Of a stretch of 248,000 nt of DNA, positions 91,672 to 105,500 are shown piece after piece. The notes under the pieces were generated by a model. It searched no databases and had not been told where the DNA came from. It worked only from the letters and a program-made list of their open reading frames with translations. The DNA comes from Wallemia ichthyophaga EXF-994. Taxonomy: Eukaryota; Fungi; Basidiomycota. The stretch's first letter is position 1. Each line of letters opens with the position of its first letter. Both the position numbers and the translations under genes were made by a program. The stretch is taken from positions 20,001 through 268,000 of the forward strand of contig NW_008806276.1 in the NCBI RefSeq assembly GCF_000400465.1. The letters are read 5' to 3'.

Positions 91672-92663
91672 TTAGCTCAATTTCTTCCTAATATTCTCCA
91701 CCACGTTCACAGTTCGCTTCAGAAAAGTACCAGGATAGCAGTCACTGGGGTAGTAATTGTCTGGCTTCTCAGAGATACCATTCACGTCGTGATGCGCATG
91801 CTTGCAGTAGAACTCCCTCGACATCGCAATTGGGATTTGTTCTTCTTTGGATAACATCGGAGGAAACGCCGTCGTCTGTCGGACTGGCTGCTCTGCTTTT
91901 CCACCACAAACATAGCAAATACTGGTTGCACATTTAGACTGAATGCTCTTCGCATTCACACCCATCCCCTCAAACACCGCACTAATACTGATTGGATGAG
92001 ATCTGGGGAAATTTGGAAGATTTTCTTCGTCCTGTTTTCGTAAAGTAAGTAAGAGTCACTAAGGTTAGTCTTACCCACAAGCAATAGGCATAAAGAGATA
92101 TTCGGATACTCTGTATACCTAAACCCGAATGGTCTTAGTTCGTCTAAAACAATCGTACAATCACGACCAAATTTTTCGATGATTGTACGCACTATTTTCC
92201 TCATCATTGCATCCTCTTTCCTGTTTTGCTCATTTTCCAGAGCCAACACCTCCTTTTCCATCAATTCCTCACGTGCACCGTCCGGCAAATAATGTGATCT
92301 GGGACTCCAGAAGGAAGTATTCTTTTCTTTTTCATATAGTGATAGTGCTAAGGAGGTGTCTAGCCACTCGAGTCTATGATCAGGAAGTAAAAGCTTCTTT
92401 TTCTCGCAGTAATCGTGGCGTTCTGTTGCCTCATCAAAGTCTTCCAACGTGAAGAGTAGGGAGTCGTTACCATCAGATGCGTATATTTCCTTATCGTTAG
92501 ATGCTATCATGAGTATATGCCTTGTATTGTCAATTTTGAGTTTCATCACTTCGTCTTTCAAATCATCATTAAGCTTCCTGGCTGACTGTAGGTTGACTGT
92601 ATCTGGGAGAATGTAGATGAATTTGAAATCTGAATTCAAGGCTTTGAATCTGAGGAGCGGCAT
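91672..92663 (-). CDS. Orphan tandem-family member 2 with C-terminal Cys/His motif
   Basis: IASNDKEIYASDGN, LDELRPFG, CYVCG...FYCKHAH. Confidence 0.6.
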
Positions 92664-92899
92664 TGGGCTGAAAGATAATGGCTGTCAAGTGATGAGAAAT
92701 ACAAGTGAGACAATCAGGAGTTACACATGACTTTGAATAAACTGATGAGAATCTGGCTCCTTGGGAGAAAACATGTAGCAACAAAGACAGCAGAATCAAC
92801 AAATTCATCACATTAATTATTATATTACTCACACATCAAACATTTTCAGGAGTGTGAAAATTTCAATTCATATTTGTAAGACAAAATGCAAGGAATGAA

Positions 92900-93960
92900 G
92901 CTTGGTGCGGGATACAAATATTCTTGTTTCAGGTGGCTCTTAATTTTATCCATTACATTGACTGCGCGCCTGAAATAGGTACGCGGGAGGGGTCTGACTG
93001 GTTCATCAGAGATGCAGTCGACATCGTAATGGTCTTTCTGGCAGTAGACCTCCTTGGTAAGCCAGAGTGATAATCTCTGTGCTCGATTGATTTTAGGTGA
93101 AAGTATCTTACTGGTTACGCTGGTGTTTTGACCTTCTCAGCATACACGTGGCAGAGACTAGCAGCAGCTAAGGAAATGGTGCAATTTATCTCGACGCCCA
93201 TATCCTGGAACACACCCTTATTGTGATAGGAGGGGTTTTGGATACGTCTCGAAGATCTTCTGTCTGTTTGAGAACGTCAACAGTACATTGTACTAGAGGA
93301 CGCCTGCCACGTTTGATAGGAAGAATATGTTGAGATATTCAGTAGTCCTCCTACGGAATGGTCTCAGCTCATCTAAAATGATCATGCAAGGGCCAAGCTT
93401 GTCAACAATTTCGTCCGCTATTTTCCTTACCTCTACCTTTTTCTTATGGACCTGCTCCCTCTCAAGAATTAAAGCCTCGTCCTTCGTTATTTCGCCGCGC
93501 ACACTACTCACAATTTCGCCTTGCCAACTTGAAGTGCAAGAGCTGAAATTCTCTTGTCTCTTTTCCTGACATTCTTCTATAAACTGATGAGATGGAAAGG
93601 GGAAACAATCTAGCTTGTCGAGTGTGGATTTCGATAATAAGAACTCCTTTTTTCTATAATATTCCGGACGACCAGTAGCTTTGTCAAAGTCCTTCAACGT
93701 AAACAATAACTTTATATTCCCATTAGACGCGTAGATTTCATAATCATTGGATGCTATAGCGACGACGGGCTTTGTGCTGTCTACTTTGAGTCTTGTAACA
93801 TCACGGCGCAGGTTTTTGCGATGCCATCTGGCCGTTGGTGCGTCGCCGGCTCAGGATTGAAATACAACACTGCGTGGGAATTTTGGGGAACATTGGAATA
93901 GAGGTGGAGGTGGTTGACTGATAGGGCCGAATGTGGGGTGTGGGGGAGGCTTAAGAAATT
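92900..93960 (-). CDS. Orphan tandem-family member 3 (possibly degenerate)
   Basis: 93717-93850 closely similar to 91254-91380; LDELRPF motif. Confidence 0.5.
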
Positions 93961-96346
93961 AGTAAAATAATGGAAGTAGATTGAAGATGTTTCAACAGTA
94001 AAATAAATACATTTCAAACACTGTAGCAGCAAAAGGATAGCAAGTCGAGTAAGCAAATTAGAGGAAATCATTTATAATATTCTCAGTAACCACGAAAGTG
94101 CGGTGAAAGTATGTTCCGCTGGTACCACAGAATATTTCCCACTTTCTAAGGACAGCGAGTGAGTGAATGTTGCTGCAGTGGAGGTCATTGTAACATCGAT
94201 TCTCTTCGCTAGCAAAACACAGTGGCACTTGCACTCTATTCCCGCGCATGGGACAGAAACTAGCTGATGCTCTGGTATCACTCGTCTTCACCTCGACACC
94301 CTTCTCCATGAGGGCATCTTTGATAGTATAAGATGGGATCTGGCTTGAGTTAGTGGGGTTGCTTTATTAGCTATTGAAATACCTCTTTTAACACCAACAC
94401 ATCGAGATACCCATCTAAGCGAACACCAAACTCACATTGAACATCAAAAACAACAACACCCCTGCCAAACACACTGTCAATTTCGTCTGCCAACTTCCTA
94501 AACTCCTTTTTCTCCTTGTCCGTCTGTTCAACTTCAAGGAGATTGATAAAAGGCTGTGCGAGGTCGTGTTTGGTTCTTTCATCACAACAAGCCGCCAGGC
94601 TTCATTTTGTGACTGCAGATCAGCGTGCTGATCATTTGCGTGAAAATTGCGCGGGGATTTGCTGTATGAGTCGAGGCATGCGAGCGTGTAGTCGCAGAGT
94701 TGTAGCTTCTTGTTTGATCGGAAGCATTTGCGATCTACTGCCTCATCGAACTCTGTAATAGTGATTCTAGGCGAGATATTGCCGCTTATGGCAAAGAACG
94801 AGACTTTGCACGTGTTAATTATTGCGCATAGGGCAGCGCCGTCCAGCTTTAGATTTAGCTCTTCAATGTGTGCCTTTTTTCATCGGCAAGCTCTGCTGCT
94901 TGGATCTTTTTGCCGGCGTGGGGGTTCCAGATAGAGAAATACTACATTGTGGTTGTGTAGTTCTACAAATGAAGAGATTTTTGCGGACATTGCGTGTGTT
95001 GCTGATCTGTGTGGAAATTCGGGACGATCGTGGGAGAGCGAGTGGCTTCAAAGTTTGCAGCTGAGTGAGTTTACTGGGATTTTATATTGATGTGAGTTGT
95101 TAAATTGGATTCTTTTTTATCTGCCACAATATCTCATCGTATCGTTGAGTTTTAGCGTGGTCGATGTAGTGTGTGCGGTATTTGTGTTCAGGCTGGCGTT
95201 AGAAAATAGGTAAGAACGTGTCATTTATACTTTGTTATTATTCTTATTTCAAGGGTATTGTGGGTCGACTGAGCCACCGGTGCATCTTATACATCTCTGC
95301 GACACCACCCTAATACGTGCAAGACACTGATAAGTGGCTGGAGATTCAAATCAGCTCCATAATCAACTATTTTAACCACTCACATTTTATTATATGCAGC
95401 AATACCGTGATAATTGCGTGATTCCAGTGATGAGATGGTGTCTTACTGAGTGAGATTCCAGGATCCACTATCAAATAGAGTAACGACATGTTAGATAGCG
95501 CAACCTTTGAAACTACCACGTCCACTACAATTACCACTTCAAAGTACCTTCACAGCTGTGTAGCTGTAGCCGTCGACTACGACCTGACTGCAAGGCACAG
95601 CTAGATGCGAGATAGATGTATCCGATAAGTCTAAAAGGGGTGCAAGATGTATCCTCAACGCATTTATTTATGTTCAGGGCGGAAAATTTAGCGAAGAATT
95701 TCCTCCGAGATACAATGGGCTATTAAAATTGACTTGAAAGAGAATAAGACGGTGATAGAAGCAATTTCAGGCTATTTGGCTGGTTTAGACAGCAAATCCG
95801 ACTGCTTCCGTTTCAGATTTTGACATGAAGACTACAATTTGAGAAAAGGAAGACATGTCAGATCTGTGACAGATATCCCAATTACAGCTAAAGCAGTCCC
95901 CTTAACCTAATCAGTCCCTTTATAATCATCTTCCGCCTCTATTTCAACCTCTCACCACGACCGCATCAGACATCAACGGCACTGGCGTTGTGACAGATTC
96001 CACTCGCAAAGCACAGACCTTCTTTACATGCACCACATCGGTAAGGTCCCGTCTTAACGAGCGCCCAGACACCCGAAATGGAAATGCGAGTACTGTGTCA
96101 GTCGTCAGTTACTTCGGTGTGAAGGTATGGTATGGCATTAAACGTCAGGATTCTGAATAAATGCTCACAACCGATCCATTGATCTAACAATATAATGCAC
96201 ATTTCCTTTTTTGTCTACCGCTAATCTCAAACCTCGGAAGATTTGACAGAACCATGACGGTACTCATATAGTGGAATTGGATGTGCCTAGGACAAGTCAG
96301 ATTTAAACCACCAACTCGATATAATCCTCTTTAAGTTAAATCCACC

Positions 96347-97637
96347 ATGTCTGCAGAATTCGCAAAGTTGATTACTAGAGCTGGAGAAGAAGCATGTGAG
96401 TGATCATGTAAAGGAGTGTGTAGTGATTGACAGTATTTGCAGCTGTAAATTGCGGTAGCAAATACCATGACAATTCATTACAAGGGTGAGTCGTAATCCT
96501 CCTCTCAGCGTACCTCCCTCACAAATCGCAGTCTTCGCATTGGTGCAATCTTCATCGTAATGGCTACGTCAGCCTTAGGCACACTCCTTCCAATCGTAAC
96601 CGGTAGAGTAAAAGGGCTGGGATTGCCCAAGATATTCTACGATACAATTAAGGTGTGTGTGGTTTTCTGTTTTCTTATGATGTCACCGCTCACCAGCCAT
96701 AGTACTTTGGCTCTGGGGTTATTGTTGCGACTGCTTTCATTCACTTGCTCGCTGAAGCCTTTGAGAAACTCACCGATCAGGAGTGTTTGAGTGGTGCTTG
96801 GAATGATTACAATTGGGCACCAGCTCTCGCGGAAGCTGCAGTATTTGTTAGTGGAAAGTAAGCCGTTAAAAGGTCTTTACTAACCTCTAACAGTTTATCT
96901 TCTTTGCTGAATTGTGGGCTTCAAGACTCGGAAACAAGTACCTCGAAAGACGCGGGATGAACTACGACAATCACGGCCATGACAATGTTGGTGGTATAGC
97001 AGGATCTCATGGTGCAGAAACCTACACACACACCTCTGATTCTCACCCACAAGTCCATGACGCTCCAGCTACCACTATGGCTGATCAGAAATCAACTGAG
97101 ACAAACGACGTGGAGAGCGTCCACTCGATGGGCAGTTTCGGATACAACACCATGTCAATGATTACTGGTGTAGCCATTCTCGAGTTCGGTGTTTTGTTCC
97201 ACTCTGCCATCCTTGGTCTTACACTCGCAACCTCGTCATCGGATGAGTTCAGGGTGCTGCTCATCGTCATTGTGTTTCATCAAATGTTTGAAGGATTAGG
97301 ATTGGGCGCTAGACTTGCGGAGCTGCCTGTGAGGCAGACTTGGATTCCGTACACTGGAGCCACCTGCTATTTCCTCATCACGCCTATCTTTGTCGCTATT
97401 GGTTTGGGTGTTAGAGAGACGTACAATTCTGGATCTACTGCGGCTCTCATCACCACTGGTCTCCTGAACTCTATTTCTGCTGGTATTTTGCTCTACACCG
97501 GTCTGGTAGAATTGCTGGCGCACGACTTTATCTTTAGCTCGCATATGAAGAAGGCGTCCGACATGTATGTCCTGTATGCTGGCTTCTGCGTACTCCTCGG
97601 AGCTGGCCTGATGAGTTTGCTCGGTAACTGGGCGTAG
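96347..97637 (+). CDS. ZIP-family zinc transporter (Zrt1/2-like)
   Basis: LEFGVLFHS, FHQMFEGLGLG, SISAGILLYTGLVELLA. Confidence 0.92.
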
Positions 97638-98022
97638 ATACGTTCCTGATACCAACGCCCTCACCCCTTATAGAATTGGAATGGTTATGATAGCCTACTT
97701 TACACTTTTTACACTTTTTAGGATTTACGCGACTTTCTCTAGTCTATCTTGTACACTTAGTTAATACATGGATCAATTGTGCAAATTTTCATGTCAACCT
97801 GGTTTAAAGTGTTCAGTCAGAGTTTACCAAGTAACGTAACGTAAGATGATATTTAACACTGCTCTTACTCTACTCAGCGGTATACGTGTTATACCACCCT
97901 CACACAGGGCACAATCATCGACACGGACACAACAGGCAACGCACGGAATGATTGAAAACATAATCAATTGCTTGGGTTGGCGTACAAGAAGAGTACGAAA
98001 GGCGTAAGAAAGATGCACATAA

Positions 98023-98543
98023 TTAACCGCCCTTCTTCTTGGAGACACCGACAGTCTTTCCTCTACGACCGGTGGTCTTGGTGTGCTGACCGCGAACACG
98101 GATACCCCAGAAGTGTCTGAGACCTCTGTGGGCACGGATCTTCTTGAGACGCTCAAGGTCATCACGCAACTTGGAGTCGACTTGGTTAGAAACGACTTGG
98201 TGGTTCTTACCGTCGCTGACGTCCTTGCGACGGTTAAGAAGCCAAGCAGGGATCTTGAAAGCGGTTGGGTTCTGCAAGATGCTGACGATTCTCTCAAGCT
98301 CATCAGAGTTGAGCTCACCGGCGCGCTTGAAGAGGTCGACATCAGCCTTCTTGATGACGACGTTGGCGTAGCGTGGACCAACACCCTTGATTTCGGTCAT
98401 TGCGTACTGGATCTTTCTCTTACCGTCAACGTTTGTGTTGAGGAGACGCAAGATATGCTGGAACTGCATATGCGGCTCTGGGGCTACGAGGCTGGCCTGT
98501 AAATTCTTAGCAAAGCCTTTTAATATTTGAGATTTCTTACCAT
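98023..98543 (-). CDS. RPS18: 40S ribosomal protein uS13
   Basis: ATG-only first exon; [32 protein letters not shown]. Confidence 0.95.
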
Positions 98544-98808
98544 TTTTGATCTTGTACGTTGACTCGAAGGATTATTTTTTGAAATCTTCTTCCTTCAGGC
98601 GAGCGAGGCTGGCTTAAATTTTTTAATTCGACCAAGCTTCTTGGAGAAGAACGATGAGGATGGCGGTGAGTGGTAGGTCTGTGCTTGGTGTTTGCTTGGT
98701 GTTTGCTTGATTTCTTGTAGTCACCCAGCAGCATCAGTAGCAGCGCGATAACTACCACCACCTCCACCACCTCCAAACATTATGTAAGTCCCCGCTCACT
98801 CCACACAC

Positions 98809-98958
98809 GCCATCCACATGATCGAAAAGCCCACGGTTATTAGGGCTCTCTACTGGCACCTCTTATTTTAAGGTGGACACACGCACCGTCTTCCCGTAAG
98901 CTCAGCCGGCAGCTGTGTTCATCTGATGATTTGAATTTCATAACTGAATCTCGATGGC
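98809..98958 (+). ncRNA. Candidate box C/D snoRNA inside a GT-AG intron (98784-99002)
   Basis: Terminal stem GCCATC/GATGGC, internal TGATGA, 14-nt guide, CTGA; intron has gtaagt donor, gctgac branch site, cag acceptor. Confidence 0.45.
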
Positions 98959-99342
98959 TGTGTGCAATGTTGTTTGTTGCATTTTAGCTGACGTTGTTAC
99001 AGGTCTTTGTGAATATTTTCACTTTTATAACTTTGTTTACTTTATATATACAGTTTCATACGCCTATTTTTAATATTTTTGCCTACGCTCACATTTACTC
99101 TCCCAAGCAGCCCCCATCACCCAAAACATTCGGTAAAAAGCATTTATTAGCGAATAAGCGAATCGGCGTAGTGATAAAAGAAAAAAAGAAAAAACTCCAG
99201 AAATTGAGAGGAAGAGGTACTTGAAAGGTAAAGTGGGTATAGAAATTCCTTAAATAATGCATCTTGTGCGAGTGAGAATTTTCCTTCTAAAGAGTGTGTG
99301 TGTGTAGAGAGAGATAGAGAGTAGAGATTGACAGTATAGAAA

Positions 99343-100456
99343 TTACTTGTTGGCCTTTCTCAAACTAAACGACCTTACGAGTTCGTCTAATGGGGAGGCG
99401 ACAGAGTGTCTATTAGTATTATTAGATTGTCCATTATTAGGTGGTGGTGGTGGTGCGAGTATATCGTGGCTACTCCTCGATTGCTGTTCCCATGCCCCGA
99501 ATGAGTGTTCCGAATGTGGGCGGAACATGGATCTATCGCTGTTGGACCGAGCGAGGAGAGAGTCGCGTCGGGAGTGAGAGTGGGAAGAGGGTGTAAAAGA
99601 GCGTCTGCTTGAGGCTGCTGCGATGGCGCCTGCACCTGCTGCACCTGCTGCTCCTGCGCCTACGCCGAGCATGTTAGAGTTGTTTGTGGTGTTACCTGCA
99701 GCAGCACCATCTGTAGCTGCACCATTTGTAGCATCACCATCTGTAGCTACACCACCACCACCAGCACTCCCACCACTCGCCAACGCCGCCTCTTGGGCTT
99801 GTTTACCACTCAAGGCACGCTGCTTGTTGCGCTTGCGAGTGAGGAGGAAGAGTAGGAGGCCGAGGAGTGCGAGTGCGCCGACGATAGAACCGACAATAGG
99901 ACCAGCAATCCACGCTCTGTCGTTGCTGCTGTCCGAGTCGCTGAGAGTCGCGGATGGAGAGGCTGTACGAGAGGTTAAGGGGTGTTTCGTGGGACAGTGC
100001 GCTGAGCTTACCGGAGAAGAGGGAAGAGGAAGAGGAGAGGGAGGAGAGGGATGACTGTAATGACTGTGATGATTGTAGAGAATGCGTAGACTGCGATGAC
100101 TGCGATGACTGCGACGAATCCAATGACTGTGAGCTGATAGAACTCTGTGTGCTCTGAGAACTAACGCTGCTAACGCTGCTAACACTGCTAACACTACTAG
100201 CGCTACTAGCACTGCTAACACCGCTCTGTATCGATAAGCTGCTGACGCCCCCACCAATCATCGTAGTTCTACCGTCCGTCGCTGCATCTGGAGAAGCGAA
100301 AGTAGGTGCTGGGCTCTGAGTACTTAAGATGATTGTTCCGGTGCCGTCGCCGCCAGCACCATCGTCACCACCATCAAACCACAAATCCCTCTTATTCGTA
100401 CGCATCAAACGCCTCGGGTTCCTCGTCAGTGAGGGTATAGAATGTGCATCTGACAT
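99343..100456 (-). CDS. Single-pass membrane protein with Ser-rich ectodomain (Mid2-like)
   Basis: AWIAGPIVGSIVGALALLGLLLFLLTRKR; SSV/SQS repeats; probable intron. Confidence 0.55.
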
Positions 100457-100819
100457 GGTAATTGATAGCCGTGTCTAATTATTATTTGTTATTAAAATGA
100501 GCGTGATTTGCTGTTTTCTATTTATCTTCCTCTTGGTTCTGAATCAGATGCACCTAGCAGTCGTCGATTCGCTAAAAATTATTTTGTAAATTATTTTCTA
100601 TTTTATACAGCGCGCATTATCAACACTCATTACTCAGCTCACTACACTACACTCCCTCCCTTAACCCACCTCATTCCCCCTTCCACCATCGTCACACTCC
100701 CCGGCCTAAGCGCGTGCAGTGCCAACCTAGCTCCCACCTCTCCCACTGCCACCAAACACGCGATAACAATCAGCCATATGATTATTATCGTTATCCTGCT
100801 CATTCCCTGCTCATTGACG

Positions 100820-102559
100820 TGTTCGTGAATGACTGTTTGCTTAATTAGTTTCTGCGATATTCCCCTAATGCTTACTTACTGTCTAACAAATCTCCCGCAA
100901 CCGCTAACCGCTCATTCAGTGTCTGTACCCGCGCTCCTATTTCGAAATAATCCCTCCCCGCATCGTATAGCGCTTTGAGTCCAGCTTCTGACCAGAATAG
101001 CTCAGGTACATCGAGCACATTACTCACCAGATTAACATCCACACGCAATTTGAATAGCTTTCCTGTCAGTCGTATAGCCTGTCGACGATCGAGTGCTAAT
101101 GTCCCTGTCGCTGCCAGTTCCTTAGGTATAGTCGATGCACTATCTAGTACTCCCAGCGTCAATTCTTCAAACGCAGACAATTTCGTCGACTGCGCTAGAG
101201 CATGTGCCAATGACAGCTTCAAATAGTGCGAATTAGTCTTGAGAGTGAAGAAATCGTTCAATATCCTCGACGATGGTATGTTACTGTCTTGACCATAGTG
101301 ACATTGCTCCATCTCCCGACTATCTGGGTGCAGAGGTCGGACTACTACACCGGCATTCACCATGTCTTGCAATATATCCCGCTCTTGACTTTCTGTCATG
101401 TTGTAAAATACTGAAACTCCCTATCGCCCAGTTGTTAGCGTTGTTAGCTAACAGACTCACACTCCCAACTTACATAGTCAAAATGTATCACCTCCGCTAC
101501 CGTATCATTCACACTTTCCAGCTGCGTCTTCCATTTCCGTTTCGGTTTCGCTTTCTCTTTCTGAGTCTTTGTCTGTGTCTGCCTTCTCGACTCAGTGCTC
101601 TGCACATCGGCATCGTCGCGAGGTTCGTCCGTGTTGCTTTCTGGAATAGCTGCAACACTCGCACTACCATTCCCGCTCTCGTCCACACTGCCAGCAACGC
101701 CACCACCCTCGCGAATAAATCCATCGTCGTCAATCCTAGGGGGACTATTAGCGACGTCGTCGAAGGGGCGCTGGTGGCTATGATCCATCTCTGCTAGCTG
101801 GGGTAGCTCGTCTGCTTCCTCGTACATATCGATAATGCTGCCCCCGCCTGGGCTACGGGAGGGGTTGCTTGAACGAATACACGAAGCTGCGCTGTATCCT
101901 GGAAGCAAGGGACGATGGTAGACTGTGTAGATAGCCTCATCGTACTGCCTCGCCCATGCATTGTGCTCCCGCTTGCTGTATGCCGCTAGACTGCGCATCT
102001 TGTACCGCTCCCCCACGGCGTATGCGGTGAGACGATTGTGCGACGCTCGCTCTCGCTCCTCCTTCCCCATTCGCTCAGCCAGCCTGAACCGCGCCGACGT
102101 TCGCTCTTCTTCTTCTTCTTGTTGCTGTTCGTGCGCTGTGGGTGGGCGGTGCATGTGGCTGCCGGATGTACTCTCTCCCCTCTCACTCTCGTACGGCAAC
102201 GCTCGCGTCTGTATCTCCCCCGGCAGGAATACGTGTTTTTGGGATAGCTTCGACGTACGCACTGGGAGTGACTGCTTCGGAGGTCCTCGTGGAGGTGTGC
102301 CGCGCCCGATGAATCCATCTGATTGGTATTGGGAGTGGTGTGGTTGGTTTGTTAGAGATGCTGATGCTGATAATGCTGATTGCGGCTTGCGTAGATCGTA
102401 CGCTGTCCTCGCTATGCCTGGCAGCGGAACCTTAGCACGCCGCGCGTGTGTGTGCGCTGTGTGCGCTGTTTGCGTTGATTCGTTCGAGCTGCTCATGGAG
102501 GTAAAGGTACAAGAGAGATAGTGTATTTTACCATGAATTATAATCCATGCATTGTACAA
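100820..102559 (-). CDS. DUF155 protein (Rmd1/Rmd8-like)
   Basis: RLTAYAVGERY, SHALAQSTKLSAFE, VLDVPELFWSE, LNERL. Confidence 0.8.
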
Positions 102560-103183
102560 TCAAAGATCCTTCTCGGCGCTGCTCCTGTACTCACTTCTAT
102601 CGCTATCGCTGACGTATTCGAAATCCTCACTGGATCTGGGGAAGTTTGTCAAGTCAGTATCGATAGCTGGAGTTGATTGAGTTGCACTAGTAGATTGAGG
102701 TATACCATTTGTACCACTGGCGCCTCTCAGCTGATCCCAGCGTGAGCTACCCGCGTTACTACCAATACCATGGCTACTACTGCCACCACTGTCACCACGA
102801 ACCGTCTCCACACTCCCGCCGCCAGCCATCCTCTGCGCCCGCTTTACATCGCTCTCCCTGCTGATTCTCGCCAGCGTCTGGAGAACGACGCGTGGATCTC
102901 TGCCTTCTTGATTGAAATGACTGGCGAAACTCATCGCACCGACGTACTGGCCGAGGAAAGTGCCACTCACTCCACCCGCAAATGCCGGTAACGCCCATCT
103001 GCGCTGGTACCGCCTAGCCAGGTAGAAGAGCGAGCCCGCACCAGCCACAGCGCCGAATCCAACGTATCTGAGAGTTGTCTGGAGTGAGTTGTTGAGCATA
103101 TCCAGACTGTGTGTTGTGTGAGGTGTGAGATTTGTGCAAGCGTCGAGCATTCGCTGGCTGCTCGGCTGCTCCCACCCACTCAT
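102560..103183 (-). CDS. Small uncharacterised membrane protein
   Basis: Two short hydrophobic segments in a 207-aa ORF. Confidence 0.45.
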   Translation of the reverse strand: MSGWEQPSSQRMLDACTNLTPHTTHSLDMLNNSLQTTLRYVGFGAVAGAGSLFYLARRYQRRWALPAFAGGVSGTFLGQYVGAMSFASHFNQEGRDPRVVLQTLARISRESDVKRAQRMAGGGSVETVRGDSGGSSSHGIGSNAGSSRWDQLRGASGTNGIPQSTSATQSTPAIDTDLTNFPRSSEDFEYVSDSDRSEYRSSAEKDL

Positions 103184-103867
103184 TCGCCTTGAGCTCCCCT
103201 TTGCTTATGTACTCCTCTACTAGCTCCCTATCTAGCCTTGTTCTCCGTTAGCTTGGCTAATTTCCTTTCTCGTCCACCCACTGTATCACTTTCGGCATTT
103301 TTATCTTGAATGACGTCGCGAACAAAGCAGGAAACTGTCGAATCGTCGACCAACTTGTTAAAATTTGGGATAAAATTAAGTCGATTGGGGCTGGATCCTT
103401 AGCTTTTGCCTGTAGATTCTTGCTCATTATACCCACTCTCCATTGTCTGCTCGACCATTTTGAACATTGAAACACCGAATTAGCTTGAAAGACACAGTAC
103501 AATTTGTATAATTTAGCAGCACCATTATAATCATAGATTCTCAAGCAATCCAACTCTACCTTTATGTCAGCCATCCACCCAATTTCCAGACTTCAACTTG
103601 CACTTAGCAGTTATCAGGATTCTTGCCTTTTATCATCTTCAAATAAAAAGGCTTGATAAATTGCCCTGATCCGTATTTTTAAGACTATACTAAAATTAGT
103701 CCTCTTCGGTAGCAATTTCGCCCTGTATTCTCCTTTGCCGTTTATATCCGGCATCACTATAGAGCACCCACGTGAGCAGATAACCAAGAGAGAGAGATAC
103801 ACGCTCTCATTTAATGTATCATATACATTTCAACATACATGCCATTCCATATTTCTAATTCTAATTT

Positions 103868-104659
103868 CTAATCCAGTGCAAGATGTTCAAAAGCCTTGCC
103901 GAGTTTGTGTTGCAAGTCTAAAGCCGGTGTATTTTTCGCCTTCTCTTCCTGCTCCTCTTTAACTTGCTCGCCCTCCTCATCGCCTTCCAACATGAAAACG
104001 TCTGCACCAGCATCAACGAGTGCGTCTCTGAGGGTGTGCGGCATGACCTCATACTCATCAGGATAAGCGTTGAGGGTAGCGATAGGATCCAACAGCACCA
104101 CTGCGAGTTTTTTGTGTGGGTATTTCTCGCTGAAATGGCTGCATACTCTACTGGCAAAATTTTCAACAGCAACTGCATCCAAATCCTCCTGCTCATCGCA
104201 CAGCTTCTGCAAGTCTTCCTTCTCCTCGAGCTCCATAGCGAGTATATCGCTCACCTCGATCAGTTTCTCGTTGTATCTCACGAATGTCTTCTCGTCTTGG
104301 CTGTCTCTGTCTGCGTACATATCGATCAGCTCGTCGTGCGCTTTGCGAGCGGTACCACTGAGATGTGAGCGGAATTGTTGAGTGAATTGCTCAAAATGCA
104401 CTGCGTTCCTAAGGTCGGTGAGGGTGAACACTAGCTTGTCATGAACAGCTTCTCCAGTCACACCTACGTCTACCACCAACATCTTCTCTTCTTCGTCAAT
104501 ATGCGCTAGTAGAAACACATGCGTTGCCACCTCTTCTTCACTAAGCGACGAAAGCGGCTTGATCGAGTCACCCAAGTTGAGATCACTGAGGTTGCTGATA
104601 TCGCTCAGGTCGCTCAATTCCGAGGTACTTGAGGTGTTTTCGACGTCTTGTTTTGTCAT
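103868..104659 (-). CDS. Uncharacterised acidic protein
   Basis: Open acidic ORF of more than 260 codons. Confidence 0.5.
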   Translation of the reverse strand: MTKQDVENTSSTSELSDLSDISNLSDLNLGDSIKPLSSLSEEEVATHVFLLAHIDEEEKMLVVDVGVTGEAVHDKLVFTLTDLRNAVHFEQFTQQFRSHLSGTARKAHDELIDMYADRDSQDEKTFVRYNEKLIEVSDILAMELEEKEDLQKLCDEQEDLDAVAVENFASRVCSHFSEKYPHKKLAVVLLDPIATLNAYPDEYEVMPHTLRDALVDAGADVFMLEGDEEGEQVKEEQEEKAKNTPALDLQHKLGKAFEHLALD

Positions 104660-105500
104660 TGCGTGGTACAGCGAGAGAAGGCGAGAAGAGTGATTCGCGC
104701 ACAGATAAGGGACAGATGAACAGATGAGCTGATGCACAGACGCGCAGTTGCACAGCTAAAGAATACGCCTAACGCACACTGCATAAGTAGAGCGTGCCGT
104801 ACGTGCCGTGTGTCAAAGTAAATTGGAGTTACAATTATAGTAACATATTACATGTACATTCAAGTATGCATTACATTTCACACTACACGCACCCAGTAGA
104901 AAACGCAAGGCAACACCCATCATCACACCCGCCGCTCCGAACGAAATAAGCAACGAATGGCTCTGGATCGCTGAGCTGCTTCGTCTACCTAATCCTACGC
105001 TCAGCCGCTTCCTTCTTCTCCCTATCCCCCTCTACTGTATTACGCGCTTTTTCCTGCTTGGTTTCTCTTACCTGCCTCTTGAAGTTGTTGAGGATATCGT
105101 TGGGTGTCTATGGAGATTGGTGTGTGGGGAGTATCTTCAGTGCCATAGTTGAGAATTTTGTCGTCTACCACTTCTATCCTATCGCGACAGTCAATCATCG
105201 CCTAGAAATCGCCAGCTCGCTGCCAACTTACTTCAGTGGATGATGGTCTAGAAAGTAGCAAGGTCATTGGAATGTGTGTGGTGTGCAGAAGAGCGTATTT
105301 CAGGGATCTATCTCCACTATCTGCGTAAAGTGGGCGTTTATACCACTTCTAGCTGAATATTTTCACTTAAAGCTCATAAAACACGCTACGCATCACCGAA
105401 GCACCAACCATACACTCCCTGCAACGCACGCACTCTACCTACAAACCATTCACTCACAATCACCTCTCGATCCTCCTTCAAATAGTCACACATCACGCCC

